Shown: positions 10,676-20,114 of the stretch, piece by piece
How the letters are laid out: each line of letters starts with the position of its first letter
Numbering within the stretch: the first letter of the stretch is position 1
IMG/VR virus record: IMGVR_UViG_3300021255_000114
Location: 1 to 64,000 of that record
Direction: 5' to 3' (one strand)
From: a virus
Taxonomy: Duplodnaviria; Heunggongvirae; Uroviricota; Caudoviricetes
Length of the DNA stretch: 64,000 nucleotides
The notes under the pieces: generated by a model
What the model was told of the DNA's origin: nothing
The model's input: only the letters and a program-made list of their open reading frames with translations
Database searches by the model: none
Made by a program: the position numbers and the translations under genes

Positions 10676-12313
10676 TTAATAAATATTTGATCGAAGTTGG
10701 GTCATGTTAAGACTGCATTCATAGAATTTGAATGACTTGAAATAGCCCACAAAACTTCCGCCAAACTCTTTTTCGAGCGGATATATGTATTCCGGTATAT
10801 GAAGATAGTCATTATAGATGACATCTGATAATCCTTGTGTTCCGCCACCGATTGATATGTTAAACGGGACACCCTCTTGTTTATCCGGCATATCGTCCAA
10901 TTTCCTGAAATGAAATTTCGGAAGTTCCTTTGAGACAAGTTTCAGTGTGCCGTTAATGTATATCATGATTCTCATAGTGTCAGCGTTTTTGCCCGAAATG
11001 AACCTTACGTGTATATTGGACCATTCGTCATATTTCACTTCATTCGGATTGGTGTATTCTGACACTATCTTATAGCCGCATGATGGGTTGTCACAATCCT
11101 TCAACAGGTATTTGTATCCAACCGAACCATCGTCTTTAACTTGCAATGCAAATGCGTTTTTATACAAATCGTTATTGATATTGTATTTGTTGCCTTCCTT
11201 TTGAAGATATTCGGGATAATCTTTTACAGTCATTCCGTCACAAGTACGGTTAAAAAGCGTAAAGTAGTTTGCTTCGCTAGGTATGCTTCTGTATTGTATA
11301 AGTGCCGTATCACCCTCTTTATAGGTATGTACCGTAACACCGTCACAACTTCTGTCGAAAAAGATAAATTTGTTCTCGGTTTCAATTTCAGTAAGATTAG
11401 CCTCATCTGTTTGGTGTCCGTCGTTGGTTTGTAATACATCGACTTTTTCGTCTGGTTCGGATTTTTGCTCGAGATATTGTTCCTTGAAATAACTGTTGCA
11501 ATCGCAATTACCGCCGGCCACATATCCCTGTGGGTAATATTCAGATTTCATACATTCGTCAACGATACAATCCGGATTAATAACATAATCAACGGGGTTA
11601 TACGGTGGGATTAGGGAACTTTTTTCGTATTCGCATTCAGTATCATAATATTTGGCCCATTTGTTTTCCGCACGCACACCCATATAGAAGAATATGCCTT
11701 TATTCTCCGGATGAACATCATTAAGGGTTTTACCTTCCTTATAGTTAAAATCGTGGCGTTTCAGTTCAAACTCCATGCTCCAGCCGCTGTCATCCATTGT
11801 ATACGGAAGTACTTGGTAATCGTGACCATTGGCGAAAAATCCTTGAAAATATCCACCATTTAGTTTTGCACATCGGACATCGCCGTCATTCACTATTGCG
11901 TTAGGGTAAACGAAAAGTTTGTTGTTTCCATTCACGGGATGCACCCTTAAGGCGCAATCACCTTCATTTATTCTGTATACACTCTTGGTCAGGAGTTCAG
12001 TAAATTCTTGGGGGGTGATTTTAAACTTTTCAAAAACAATCAATCCGTTATCCATCCCGGTAAAACCGATATTCTTCAATTCAACACCCTTGGAGATACA
12101 TTCAGAATACTTGTATTTCTCTATGGATTTCAAACCGTCATCAGTTACACATTCATCTACAGTGGTATCGATGTATGCGGCCAAGCATCCTTCAAACAGA
12201 TTGCCATAGGCACCCCCTCTACACTGTTTCAGGTAGAGGAAAAAATCCCAATATTCTGATAAATTGAGGTTTACTTCAAACGGTAGTCTATTATGATTAG
12301 GGATGTCCTGCAT
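10676..12313 (-). CDS. Concanavalin A/LamG-like beta-sandwich virion protein; start reassigned to ATG 12313
   Basis: WS.IHVRF, IYINGTL, ISIGGG and F.G.FKSFKFY...LN follow the LamG pattern. A TATTTATA motif lies 18 nt upstream of ATG 12313. Confidence 0.6.
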   Translation of the reverse strand: MQDIPNHNRLPFEVNLNLSEYWDFFLYLKQCRGGAYGNLFEGCLAAYIDTTVDECVTDDGLKSIEKYKYSECISKGVELKNIGFTGMDNGLIVFEKFKITPQEFTELLTKSVYRINEGDCALRVHPVNGNNKLFVYPNAIVNDGDVRCAKLNGGYFQGFFANGHDYQVLPYTMDDSGWSMEFELKRHDFNYKEGKTLNDVHPENKGIFFYMGVRAENKWAKYYDTECEYEKSSLIPPYNPVDYVINPDCIVDECMKSEYYPQGYVAGGNCDCNSYFKEQYLEQKSEPDEKVDVLQTNDGHQTDEANLTEIETENKFIFFDRSCDGVTVHTYKEGDTALIQYRSIPSEANYFTLFNRTCDGMTVKDYPEYLQKEGNKYNINNDLYKNAFALQVKDDGSVGYKYLLKDCDNPSCGYKIVSEYTNPNEVKYDEWSNIHVRFISGKNADTMRIMIYINGTLKLVSKELPKFHFRKLDDMPDKQEGVPFNISIGGGTQGLSDVIYNDYLHIPEYIYPLEKEFGGSFVGYFKSFKFYECSLNMTQLRSNIY

Positions 12314-12320
12314 TGTATGA

Positions 12321-12338
12321 TATTTATTTTTATAAATA
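12321..12338. promoter_or_regulatory. Divergent pair of putative late promoters (TATTTAT on + at 12321; TATTTATA on - at 12331-12338)
   Basis: The same motif precedes most structural genes in the window. Here it lies between divergent genes. Confidence 0.55.
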
Positions 12339-12353
12339 GTATAAAATACCTTT

Positions 12354-12893
12354 ATGAAAAAGATAATAAGGCTCACTGAGGCTCAAATGAGACAGATAGA
12401 GGAGTCCACGTTCAATAACGGGATTGATGATCCGAATTCAATCCCCGAATATCCGCATTCGCAAGTGACTGTATCAGGACAGGAAAACGACGAAGACTTT
12501 GGCAAACCGGTAACAACCGATGATTTTGCCGACAAGCAATGCAAGAGTTTCCCTTGGGGAGTCGGCTCATATTATCGCGGAACTCATGTTCCTATGGTGG
12601 CAGAAGGGATTGACACTGCAAGTGATGGTGAAATTAAGGATAATGTTGACCAATTCTATAACCATTCAGATTCAAACGAATTGATAGACGGTAACGAAGA
12701 GGATGACCAGGAGATAATACCTCATTCAATAGAAATACATCTTGACAGGCTCATTGATGCGATGAGGGATATGAATCTTACACCAAAAAAAGAAGTGGCT
12801 ATTTTAAATAAACTTATAGCAAACAGCAATATACAGAACTTGCCTCCCTCGTACAAGAAGGAAACATCGATGAAAGTTTTTGCTAAAAAATAA
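12354..12893 (+). CDS. Putative internal head protein
   Basis: N-terminus MKKIIRLTEAQMRQIEES carries [IL]xE motifs typical of prohead-protease-processed proteins. Confidence 0.55.
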   Translation: MKKIIRLTEAQMRQIEESTFNNGIDDPNSIPEYPHSQVTVSGQENDEDFGKPVTTDDFADKQCKSFPWGVGSYYRGTHVPMVAEGIDTASDGEIKDNVDQFYNHSDSNELIDGNEEDDQEIIPHSIEIHLDRLIDAMRDMNLTPKKEVAILNKLIANSNIQNLPPSYKKETSMKVFAKK

Positions 12894-12897
12894 GGCG

Positions 12898-14097
12898 ATG
12901 GTGATTTTAAGAGAAGAAAACCAAGATTTACGCGGGAAACTTTTCCCGATACCTGATGGGGTGAAAAAACACCTTATCAAGACTTTACATGATTACGAAA
13001 AGAAAGACGGTGACAGGAACAATGATGGATATGACCGTCTGGTTTATCTATGCGACCAAGATAGGGTTACAATGGAGGAGTTGAAGCGCATCAAGAACTT
13101 TTTCGACAACTATAAAGGCACGCCGAAATCCAACGATTACATTCTCAACGGAGGCAAACCGTTCTCTGATTGGATAAACAGAATATTGAAGGTTGCCACT
13201 GACTCTTCAAAAAACCAGAAGGAAGCCGAGGAACTTGTTGGTTTCGGCGATAGGAAAGAGAAAAACAATATAGAACCCCCAAAGATACAGAAGATTAAAC
13301 CGGATAAAATACAAACAAAGAACTTATCAAATTCAATTTCGAAAAATTCGACAGTAAAAGAGTCGAAAAGGGTATGTCTATCCACATTTCAAATGGAATT
13401 AATCAAGGAGGCATTGAATCCGAAAACATTTTCGTATGAAGAACTCGAAAAGCGTTGTAATTATGATTCTAAAACCGATGAAAATACAGCATTTAAATAC
13501 TGTGAACGAACACTTGGCCCTTATTCCGGACTTGGTGGGGATAGGGCTGTATTTGATCTTACAGATGACAAAGTCTTAAAAGTTGAGTTCAGTGGTCAGG
13601 GATGGATGCAAAATCAACATGAATATGAGGTTACTGCTGAATTAGAATCAAATGGCATTACAATTATTCCTAAAATATATTCAGCGCCAGATTCATACAA
13701 TTGGATGGTATGTGAACGAGTTATTCCATGTAGGGTAAACGATTTCGACCACATCCTTGGTGTACCCTATTATGTTACAAGCGATCCTGGTAATGTCAAC
13801 GATAAACAAACAAAAGATTTCGGAAATCACACTGAATATCCCTATAAGCAAAATCCGGATACAAAGGATAATAATTTTATTTGTGTAGAAGGATTCATTA
13901 GTCACATACAAAATAAAGGAAAATACACGTATCAACGTGACTATGAAACGTTTGAAAAACTGAAGCAACACCCTTGGTTTGCACAATTGAGCAAATTAAT
14001 CGAATTGACCGGGATGGAGGATTTTCATATGGGAAACTTTGGAATGGCAATAAGGAACGGAAAACCGACCATTGTCGTACTCGATTTGGGTCTATAG
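12898..14097 (+). CDS. Protein-kinase-like (APH/ePK fold) protein with N-terminal extension; likely start ATG 12898
   Basis: Gly loop GLGGDRAVF, VLKV, QN.HE helix C, catalytic EDFHMGNFG and VLDLG (DFG equivalent). Confidence 0.75.
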   Translation: MVILREENQDLRGKLFPIPDGVKKHLIKTLHDYEKKDGDRNNDGYDRLVYLCDQDRVTMEELKRIKNFFDNYKGTPKSNDYILNGGKPFSDWINRILKVATDSSKNQKEAEELVGFGDRKEKNNIEPPKIQKIKPDKIQTKNLSNSISKNSTVKESKRVCLSTFQMELIKEALNPKTFSYEELEKRCNYDSKTDENTAFKYCERTLGPYSGLGGDRAVFDLTDDKVLKVEFSGQGWMQNQHEYEVTAELESNGITIIPKIYSAPDSYNWMVCERVIPCRVNDFDHILGVPYYVTSDPGNVNDKQTKDFGNHTEYPYKQNPDTKDNNFICVEGFISHIQNKGKYTYQRDYETFEKLKQHPWFAQLSKLIELTGMEDFHMGNFGMAIRNGKPTIVVLDLGL

Positions 14098-14099
14098 CC

Positions 14100-14107
14100 T
14101 ATTTATA
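14100..14107 (+). promoter_or_regulatory. Putative late promoter TATTTATA
   Basis: Recurring motif, 38 nt upstream of ATG 14145. Confidence 0.55.
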
Positions 14108-14144
14108 ATAAAATAAGAATAATACATTATACAAATAAAAGAAT

Positions 14145-14513
14145 ATGGCACAAAGTTGTTTGGAAATACGCAGTATGGATGCCCGTCACACTCAAATTGT
14201 GAGGTCTGACTATCAGATAACGAATCCATACATTAACATATCCGCTAACCTCAATACAGTTAAAGACCTCACGATGAAGGGTAATATGCGTGGTCATGGC
14301 CTTCCTTGGCTTCCGGATTGTCATGCTGTCATTAACGATTTCACTCGTTTCAATTTCGATACCGACCCCGCTTCAAACTTTGGTAATCTTGCTGATCAGG
14401 ACGCAAGACTTCGTATGTTGGCGACTGGGCGCAGTCTTTATTCGCCCGAACGCCCGTATATGGCTCCTGATACAAGTGCAAATGTTCGCGAAGGCCAATA
14501 TGTTGTCAGATAA
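14145..14513 (+). CDS. Hypothetical (probably virion) protein, 122 aa
   Basis: ORF with an A-rich leader, downstream of the late motif. Confidence 0.65.
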   Translation: MAQSCLEIRSMDARHTQIVRSDYQITNPYINISANLNTVKDLTMKGNMRGHGLPWLPDCHAVINDFTRFNFDTDPASNFGNLADQDARLRMLATGRSLYSPERPYMAPDTSANVREGQYVVR

Positions 14514-14524
14514 CACAATGAATC

Positions 14525-15448
14525 ATGTTTAACGGACTGCTTGAGGAAATATTGAATGAATCTGCTGTCACACCTGACAAAATAACAAAGGCGATGGACG
14601 AGCATTCTAAAGTAATCGTTACTTATACACCAGTAACGAAAGGGCGCGAACATGCAACCGGACCGCGTCTTATCGGTATATTTGCCTATGGCCAAACCAA
14701 ATCCTCGAACGATTGTGTCCGTGTGTATGAATATGCCGGAGATACTGCAACGTTTGTGCCCGGTTGGAAACTGCTCCGTCTTGACCAATTTGTTTCTTGG
14801 AAACCTACAGGTCAAAAGTTTAGTGAACCGCCTGACTCAAAATTCAACCCAAACGGTGACGAAACAATGAGTGTTGTTTTCAAGGTGGCTCAATTCAACG
14901 ACGGTACATCCGATACAAAGGATGATGAAAAGGGGCCCAAAACAAACGGTGAACTATTCCTTACCCCTACTGAGCGTAAGTTGAAACAAAACCGTATGCG
15001 CTTAAAAAACCAGTTCGATAATCCGATAACAATATCCGATTTCAAGGCTGAAAAAGGTATGCGGGATTACAAGGGTGGTGAAGATGAATACACAGAAGGA
15101 CCGAAAATGTCAAAAGATGTACAACCAGAGGAACCGAAATCTTCAAACTATAAGGATGAAGTTGCGAAGATGTTCGAGCCCTTGAAAAACAAGATAAAGA
15201 ATACCCCGAAAATCGACCTTAATCAAAACACAAAAAATACTGAGACCGAAAAACCCGTTGAAGAGCCTGAAACAAGTGAGCCTTCATATAAAGACGAGGT
15301 GCGTAAACAGTTCGAACCGTTAAGGGATAAAATCAAAAACGCCCCCAAAATAGATTTGTCACAATTTGACAGGTTTAAGAATAAACTTGGTGACACATCA
15401 AAACCGATAAAATTGCGTGAACTGAAAGAACGTCTCGGAATTGGATAA
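14525..15448 (+). CDS. WYL-domain-like protein with low-complexity repeated C-terminus
   Basis: VTY...R.IG.FAYG....N..VRVY......GWKLLRLDQ fits the WYL SH3-like pattern (WRLFRLDRI). N-terminal ILNES motif. Confidence 0.65.
   Translation: MFNGLLEEILNESAVTPDKITKAMDEHSKVIVTYTPVTKGREHATGPRLIGIFAYGQTKSSNDCVRVYEYAGDTATFVPGWKLLRLDQFVSWKPTGQKFSEPPDSKFNPNGDETMSVVFKVAQFNDGTSDTKDDEKGPKTNGELFLTPTERKLKQNRMRLKNQFDNPITISDFKAEKGMRDYKGGEDEYTEGPKMSKDVQPEEPKSSNYKDEVAKMFEPLKNKIKNTPKIDLNQNTKNTETEKPVEEPETSEPSYKDEVRKQFEPLRDKIKNAPKIDLSQFDRFKNKLGDTSKPIKLRELKERLGIG
15149..15358 (+). repeat. Intragenic direct repeat, two ~72-bp copies (15149-15220, 15287-15358)
   Basis: YKDEVAKMFEPLKNKIKNTPKIDL versus YKDEVRKQFEPLRDKIKNAPKIDL. 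Confidence 0.85.
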
Positions 15449-15499
15449 TTTGTTTTTCATGTAATATTATCTTATATTTTTATTTAAAAGAAGATTCAG

Positions 15500-16207
15500 A
15501 TGGCAGAATACGATAAAACACTCGAATTGTTCAAAAAACTCCAAGAAGGCGGGGTGACTGACGCAACAGCAACACCTATAAGGCAAAGGCCAAGAACTGA
15601 TATGATGACAGGTGATGTGGCGTCACTTAACGAGGCTGTTTTTGGGAGATATAATGCTGAGAACGACAATTCAGCAAGTGACGGTTCAAAAATCCTTATG
15701 GAAACGATGAAGGAATACGAATCGGGCAATGTTTCAGAGGAAACGAGAAAACGTGTCGAGGAAAATGTAAAGAATTCAAAAATACCGAAGGCAATCCTTG
15801 AGTCGGTGCTTGCCAAACCATTAATTGAAACAAAGATTAACGGGTCTGATGTCAACGACTATATGGAGAACCTCATGAAAAAGAATACCAATATCGAGGC
15901 TTCGAAAAGAATCAACCAAAAACTGAACGAAAGCGATGCTTCAAGACAGCCGGTACAAACCCCACAGTTTACCCAATCAAATTTTGACTATGCTAAACTT
16001 CAGGGAATGATTGAAGAGGCAATCGATAAGAAACTCAACCAATTCATAGGCAAAATGAACCTTAGTGAGAACAGACAAACCGGTGTTTCCCCGATTACAC
16101 AGGTACAGGAAATAAACAACACAAAGTTCCTCTTCGCGGATTCAAGCAACAATGTATATGAATGCACATTGAAATACATTGGAAAAAACAAAAAAACAAA
16201 AGAATAA
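15500..16207 (+). CDS. Hypothetical protein with multiple LxE motifs (possible head scaffold/core protein)
   Basis: LQE, LNE, LME, LNE and LSE motifs, helical composition. Confidence 0.55.
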   Translation: MAEYDKTLELFKKLQEGGVTDATATPIRQRPRTDMMTGDVASLNEAVFGRYNAENDNSASDGSKILMETMKEYESGNVSEETRKRVEENVKNSKIPKAILESVLAKPLIETKINGSDVNDYMENLMKKNTNIEASKRINQKLNESDASRQPVQTPQFTQSNFDYAKLQGMIEEAIDKKLNQFIGKMNLSENRQTGVSPITQVQEINNTKFLFADSSNNVYECTLKYIGKNKKTKE

Positions 16208-16232
16208 ATACGTACTTTTTAATGCATTTTTT

Positions 16233-16261
16233 AAACCTTCGTTGGGAAACGGAGGTTTTTG
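16233..16261 (+). terminator. Rho-independent terminator
   Basis: AAACCTTCGTT-GGGA-AACGGAGGTTT hairpin plus T-run. Confidence 0.7.
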
Positions 16262-16293
16262 CTTTTATGTGTCCTAACTTTTCTAAAAAATAG

Positions 16294-16301
16294 TATATTT
16301 G
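16294..16301 (+). promoter_or_regulatory. Bacteroidota-type -7 promoter element TATATTTG (TAnnTTTG)
   Basis: Exact TAnnTTTG 24 nt upstream of ATG 16325, just after a terminator. Confidence 0.45.
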
Positions 16302-16324
16302 TCCTGAATTTAAACTTAAATGTC

Positions 16325-16951
16325 ATGTTAAAAGAAGAAAAAATCAATCAGAATTACCTGACGTTCCTTAAAAAACTTGAGACTTACGACTGTTATTCGG
16401 AAGAAATGATGAATGATATCGGTGACAAGGTGAAATACGGAACGTACTCCATGCAAGACGAATATGGCGGATGCTATGCAGGTTCGCTTGTTGAAATTAC
16501 GCTTCAGACCCTTTGCAGGATCGGCTATGAAATCAACGAGAATGTGTTCGGTAAGAACGGTAAAGAAGCGTTTGCACACCCGTATCTCGCGGTTAACACC
16601 AATAAGCTCATGCGTGTATTATTGCTCCTTAATCTCGCCAAAGCCGAAATGTTTGTGGATGAAACCGAACAATGGAAGATAAAGAAGGGTATTATGTACA
16701 AGTTCAAGGATTTTGAGACTTCACTTAAGCTTGGTGCAAGAACTCTTTTCCTTTGTCAGAAATACGGAATTAAACTTGAAGAGGATGAATATGAAGCAAT
16801 CCTGTCAATCGATGACGCTGAAGATAATGGAGCACGTTTCAGGAGCCCGTTGTACACTTTGGTCAAGTCGGTTAAACTCTTCACTTTGGTTGAACTCAGA
16901 AGAAAATGGGCCGCACAACACGAAAATAAACAGGAAACACTTGAAAAGTAA
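16325..16951 (+). CDS. HD-domain-like protein with lost metal ligands; likely start ATG 16325
   Basis: GCYAGSLVEITL (cf. GGL.EHSL), LLLNLAK (cf. LLHDLGK), GARTLFL and EYEAI. Confidence 0.55.
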   Translation: MLKEEKINQNYLTFLKKLETYDCYSEEMMNDIGDKVKYGTYSMQDEYGGCYAGSLVEITLQTLCRIGYEINENVFGKNGKEAFAHPYLAVNTNKLMRVLLLLNLAKAEMFVDETEQWKIKKGIMYKFKDFETSLKLGARTLFLCQKYGIKLEEDEYEAILSIDDAEDNGARFRSPLYTLVKSVKLFTLVELRRKWAAQHENKQETLEK

Positions 16952-17511
16952 TGTTTAAGAAAAATTTGAAAAAAAGAGTTGAGGAACTCGAACAGCGGAT
17001 TGCGGATTTGTCTGTCCCGTGTAAAAAGGAATTGAAATTTGTAAATCTATCACCGAATCCGGATCCGTGTTATGCAAAACCATACGATAGTGGATTTGAT
17101 ATTCATGCTTGGATTGATTCCAATACAGAAGGTGTACGGTTTGACAATGAGAAAAACAAATACTACATTGAAATTCAACCGAACGAAATTAAGCTAATAC
17201 ACACCGGCCTGTATTTTGACATTCCCGAATTCTGTGAAATGCAAGTGAGACCGAGAAGCGGTTATGCGCTCAGAGTCGGTTTAACAGTAAATAATAGCCC
17301 CGGAACTATAGACCAACTTTTTATAGGTGAGGTGTGTGTTATCTGTCTTAATCCGACAAAGAAAACTATTCAAATACACGGCAACGACAGAATTGCGCAA
17401 GCGGTTCTCTGTCCTGTCTATAATGAACCATTGGTGAAATTGACTAAAGTGGACAAAATCAAAAAGGAAACCGAACGTGGAATGAATGGTTTTGGAAGTA
17501 CCGGAATGTAA
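16951..17511 (+). CDS. dut: Trimeric dUTP diphosphatase
   Basis: All five motifs present: SGFDI, RPRSG, GTID..FIGE, DRIAQAV and ERG.NGFGSTG. Confidence 0.95.
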   Translation: MFKKNLKKRVEELEQRIADLSVPCKKELKFVNLSPNPDPCYAKPYDSGFDIHAWIDSNTEGVRFDNEKNKYYIEIQPNEIKLIHTGLYFDIPEFCEMQVRPRSGYALRVGLTVNNSPGTIDQLFIGEVCVICLNPTKKTIQIHGNDRIAQAVLCPVYNEPLVKLTKVDKIKKETERGMNGFGSTGM

Positions 17512-17536
17512 CGTTTTAATTTTTGTTGTATTGATT

Positions 17537-17571
17537 GAAGGTTAGTTGCAAGACTGACCTTCTTTTTTTTT
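17537..17571 (+). terminator. Rho-independent terminator
   Basis: GAAGGTTAGTT-GCAA-GACTGACCTTC stem with a GNRA loop, then T9. Confidence 0.85.
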
Positions 17572-17623
17572 GTTTGAGCCGGAAATGTTCGTCATTTCCA
17601 AGTTCAGTTTAGTTTCGGGCTGA

Positions 17624-17630
17624 TATTTAT
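17624..17630 (+). promoter_or_regulatory. Putative late promoter (GGCTGA-TATTTAT)
   Basis: The 13-mer GGCTGATATTTAT is identical to the one upstream of the tail sheath gene. Confidence 0.6.
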
Positions 17631-17670
17631 GTATAAGAATAATACAATAGTAATAAAAACGTTAAATAAG

Positions 17671-19986
17671 ATGGCAGATAATACAAAATACCAAAAAGTG
17701 TTACAACTTTACAGAAGCACTAATGTTTGGGATACCAAGAATATTGCCAAGGCTGAAGTTGAAATTCATGCCAAACAACTTCATCCCGAAATTTTAAAAG
17801 GTTTAAGGGATGGTGAACCTATCATTGCAAAGTATTATGATAAGGCTGATGGTTATACCTTTGGATTTAGCGCACTGGACCCTAATACTGACCCATATTC
17901 CGGTGATTCGGCAACACATATATGGGTGGAAGGTTTTGACAGTTTTAAGTCAAATGAATTTGACACGGGATCCAAGAAGATCAGAGGCATTGTCCCTAAT
18001 TATGATAGCCCTGCTTATATTCGTGTTGACAATAGCGGCACTTATACTTATTACAAACTGACAGTTAGCGAGCCTTCCACACTACCAAGCCGTACTACAA
18101 GTTCTGTATTCGGTGTTGGCCTTATTAACAATGGTGTTACATACATCGAATGGTTTGATTCTGCGGCTGAGGCTAAGGGTGCTATCGGTGATCTGAACTA
18201 CAATGACAAGGATATCGAGAATGGATTTGTAGCAAAGGTAAATCAAAAAGATGGCAAAATCGAATCTATACACGGTAATATTACTGGTGAAAACGCAACT
18301 GTTGTAACCGATAATCACTATTCTTATGTAAAATTAGAGGATTCTAGCACAATTCCTGACGACTATATTTGGGATACTACGAACAGTGACAATGCATTGC
18401 CTTCTAACGTTGATGAGTCAAGACCTAAATACTATCACGTAACGGGTTCAACTACGGAAACCCAAAACGGATATTATGAACTTCGTAAGAATATTGAAGT
18501 AACACTAAAAATCACAGACACTAATAATGTCCTAAAGCAGGGTTATGCCTACACCAAAATCACTGAATCAATGGTTGTTGGTGGAGCAACCGAGTATCAA
18601 ACTCTACCGGAAGCCACTGCCGAAACACCTGTTTATATCAAAGTTGGTACTGACTATTATCATAAAGTCGGTGAAGGCTTATCCACAAATATGGTGCTTC
18701 GTGCATTAACAAACAATGAAATAACCGATTTGCAAGATACTAACATTAAAGAGGCATACCGTCTGTTTGGTAACGCAAACGGTTCTGAGACTGCCATTGG
18801 TGATATTATTAAAATATATAAGGATAGTTCGCTTTATAATGTATATCTTGGGCATGTTGACGACAATATAACAAGTCCGACGGACCCGACTGTTATTTCA
18901 GGTACAGGCTCAGAAGCACTTTGTTTCATATATCAGAAATCCGACGGGACGTATGAGTTGGTTAAAATAAATGTTGAATCATTCCTTTTGGAGAATGAAT
19001 TCAAAGATGGTTTCGAAATTAAGAATGGTGGTTATTCTTATGGTGAAATAAGTTACGATCCGTATGCCGGCGATTCAAGTAAATGGATTACAAGTGGACA
19101 AGGACAAAATGTATTCAACGAGTTGCCTTCGTCTGTTATAGAGACTTCGCCTGAATATATTAGGGTGGACACAACCATTGAGGGAACCACAACAAGTAAA
19201 TATTACAAAAAGAACTCAGCAGGTGAGGTTTATGTTAAACTCGCTTCTGATGGTGGTATTGATTTTGAAGATGAGGGAGTTAATCTCAATAAATCCTTAA
19301 AGATTAAAATTGACAACACTGATAGTAACAAATATTACAAAAAAACAACAGATCAAGCACCACAAGCGGGTGTTACATATTATACATACAATGTATCAAC
19401 AAATCAATATGATCAATTTACTGGTCAAACATTTGATACCAATACCGCTTATTATGTAAAAGACCAATATCTATATACAACATCTAATGGTCTTTCTGTT
19501 AATCAGGATGTACTTGAGAATAAAATCACGGATAATGTTGGAAAAGTATTATTTGTCAACAAAGAGCCATTTGTCAAGGATAATGATGGAAATATCAAAG
19601 CTATTGTTATAGGTGAGGATATAACTGTTGCTGGTGTTGGTAGTAACGGTCAATCAAAGCCAATGACTAACATTGTCTTGGTTGATGGCATTGTTCCGGT
19701 ACCTCAAAGTTCATTACCTACACCTTCAGATACGACACCTGATTATGTTCTTCTTACAGCACAAGCCCCATATGTCCTTTACAAAAAAGGTACGAGCGCG
19801 TATGAACCCTATACTACTCAGAATAATGATGAATATATTGAGGTTAACGGTTTCATTTACCATTTGAATGGGGGCAAATACGAACTTTATTTCATAAATA
19901 AGGACACTAATCTCAACGATGCAATCTCAATTCTTAACTACTTGACATATAACCTCGATATGGGACAATTTACAGTCACTTATTAA
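17671..19986 (+). CDS. Tail fibre-like virion protein carrying multiple inserted Tyr-rich modules; likely start ATG 17671
   Basis: Paralogous to 20115-24131 (LYR...DGEP; IKIYKDSSLY...GTGSEALCFIY...EFKDG). Ends in a LDMGQF-type motif. The ATG at 17629 falls inside the promoter motif. Confidence 0.7.
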   Translation: MADNTKYQKVLQLYRSTNVWDTKNIAKAEVEIHAKQLHPEILKGLRDGEPIIAKYYDKADGYTFGFSALDPNTDPYSGDSATHIWVEGFDSFKSNEFDTGSKKIRGIVPNYDSPAYIRVDNSGTYTYYKLTVSEPSTLPSRTTSSVFGVGLINNGVTYIEWFDSAAEAKGAIGDLNYNDKDIENGFVAKVNQKDGKIESIHGNITGENATVVTDNHYSYVKLEDSSTIPDDYIWDTTNSDNALPSNVDESRPKYYHVTGSTTETQNGYYELRKNIEVTLKITDTNNVLKQGYAYTKITESMVVGGATEYQTLPEATAETPVYIKVGTDYYHKVGEGLSTNMVLRALTNNEITDLQDTNIKEAYRLFGNANGSETAIGDIIKIYKDSSLYNVYLGHVDDNITSPTDPTVISGTGSEALCFIYQKSDGTYELVKINVESFLLENEFKDGFEIKNGGYSYGEISYDPYAGDSSKWITSGQGQNVFNELPSSVIETSPEYIRVDTTIEGTTTSKYYKKNSAGEVYVKLASDGGIDFEDEGVNLNKSLKIKIDNTDSNKYYKKTTDQAPQAGVTYYTYNVSTNQYDQFTGQTFDTNTAYYVKDQYLYTTSNGLSVNQDVLENKITDNVGKVLFVNKEPFVKDNDGNIKAIVIGEDITVAGVGSNGQSKPMTNIVLVDGIVPVPQSSLPTPSDTTPDYVLLTAQAPYVLYKKGTSAYEPYTTQNNDEYIEVNGFIYHLNGGKYELYFINKDTNLNDAISILNYLTYNLDMGQFTVTY

Positions 19987-20000
19987 AACAGGGAAAAGCG

Positions 20001-20047
20001 GCCTACGGTGACTCTAATAAAAAATAGCCGCCGTAGGCTTTTATTTG
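20001..20047 (+). terminator. Hairpin/terminator between fibre genes
   Basis: GCCTACGG...CCGTAGGC stem followed by TTTTATTT. Confidence 0.55.
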
Positions 20048-20114
20048 AAAAAGGAGTGATATATAGGGAAAAACAACTAAGATAATTGAAAAGAATAACA
20101 AAAAACAGTACATA

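Noticed and set aside
12314-12376. Longest-ORF starts for several genes (12376, 12880, 16259, 17629, 50117)
   Set aside because: These extensions run through promoter motifs, terminators or neighbouring genes. Downstream ATGs with A-rich leaders (12313, 12898, 16325, 17671, 50138) are more plausible.
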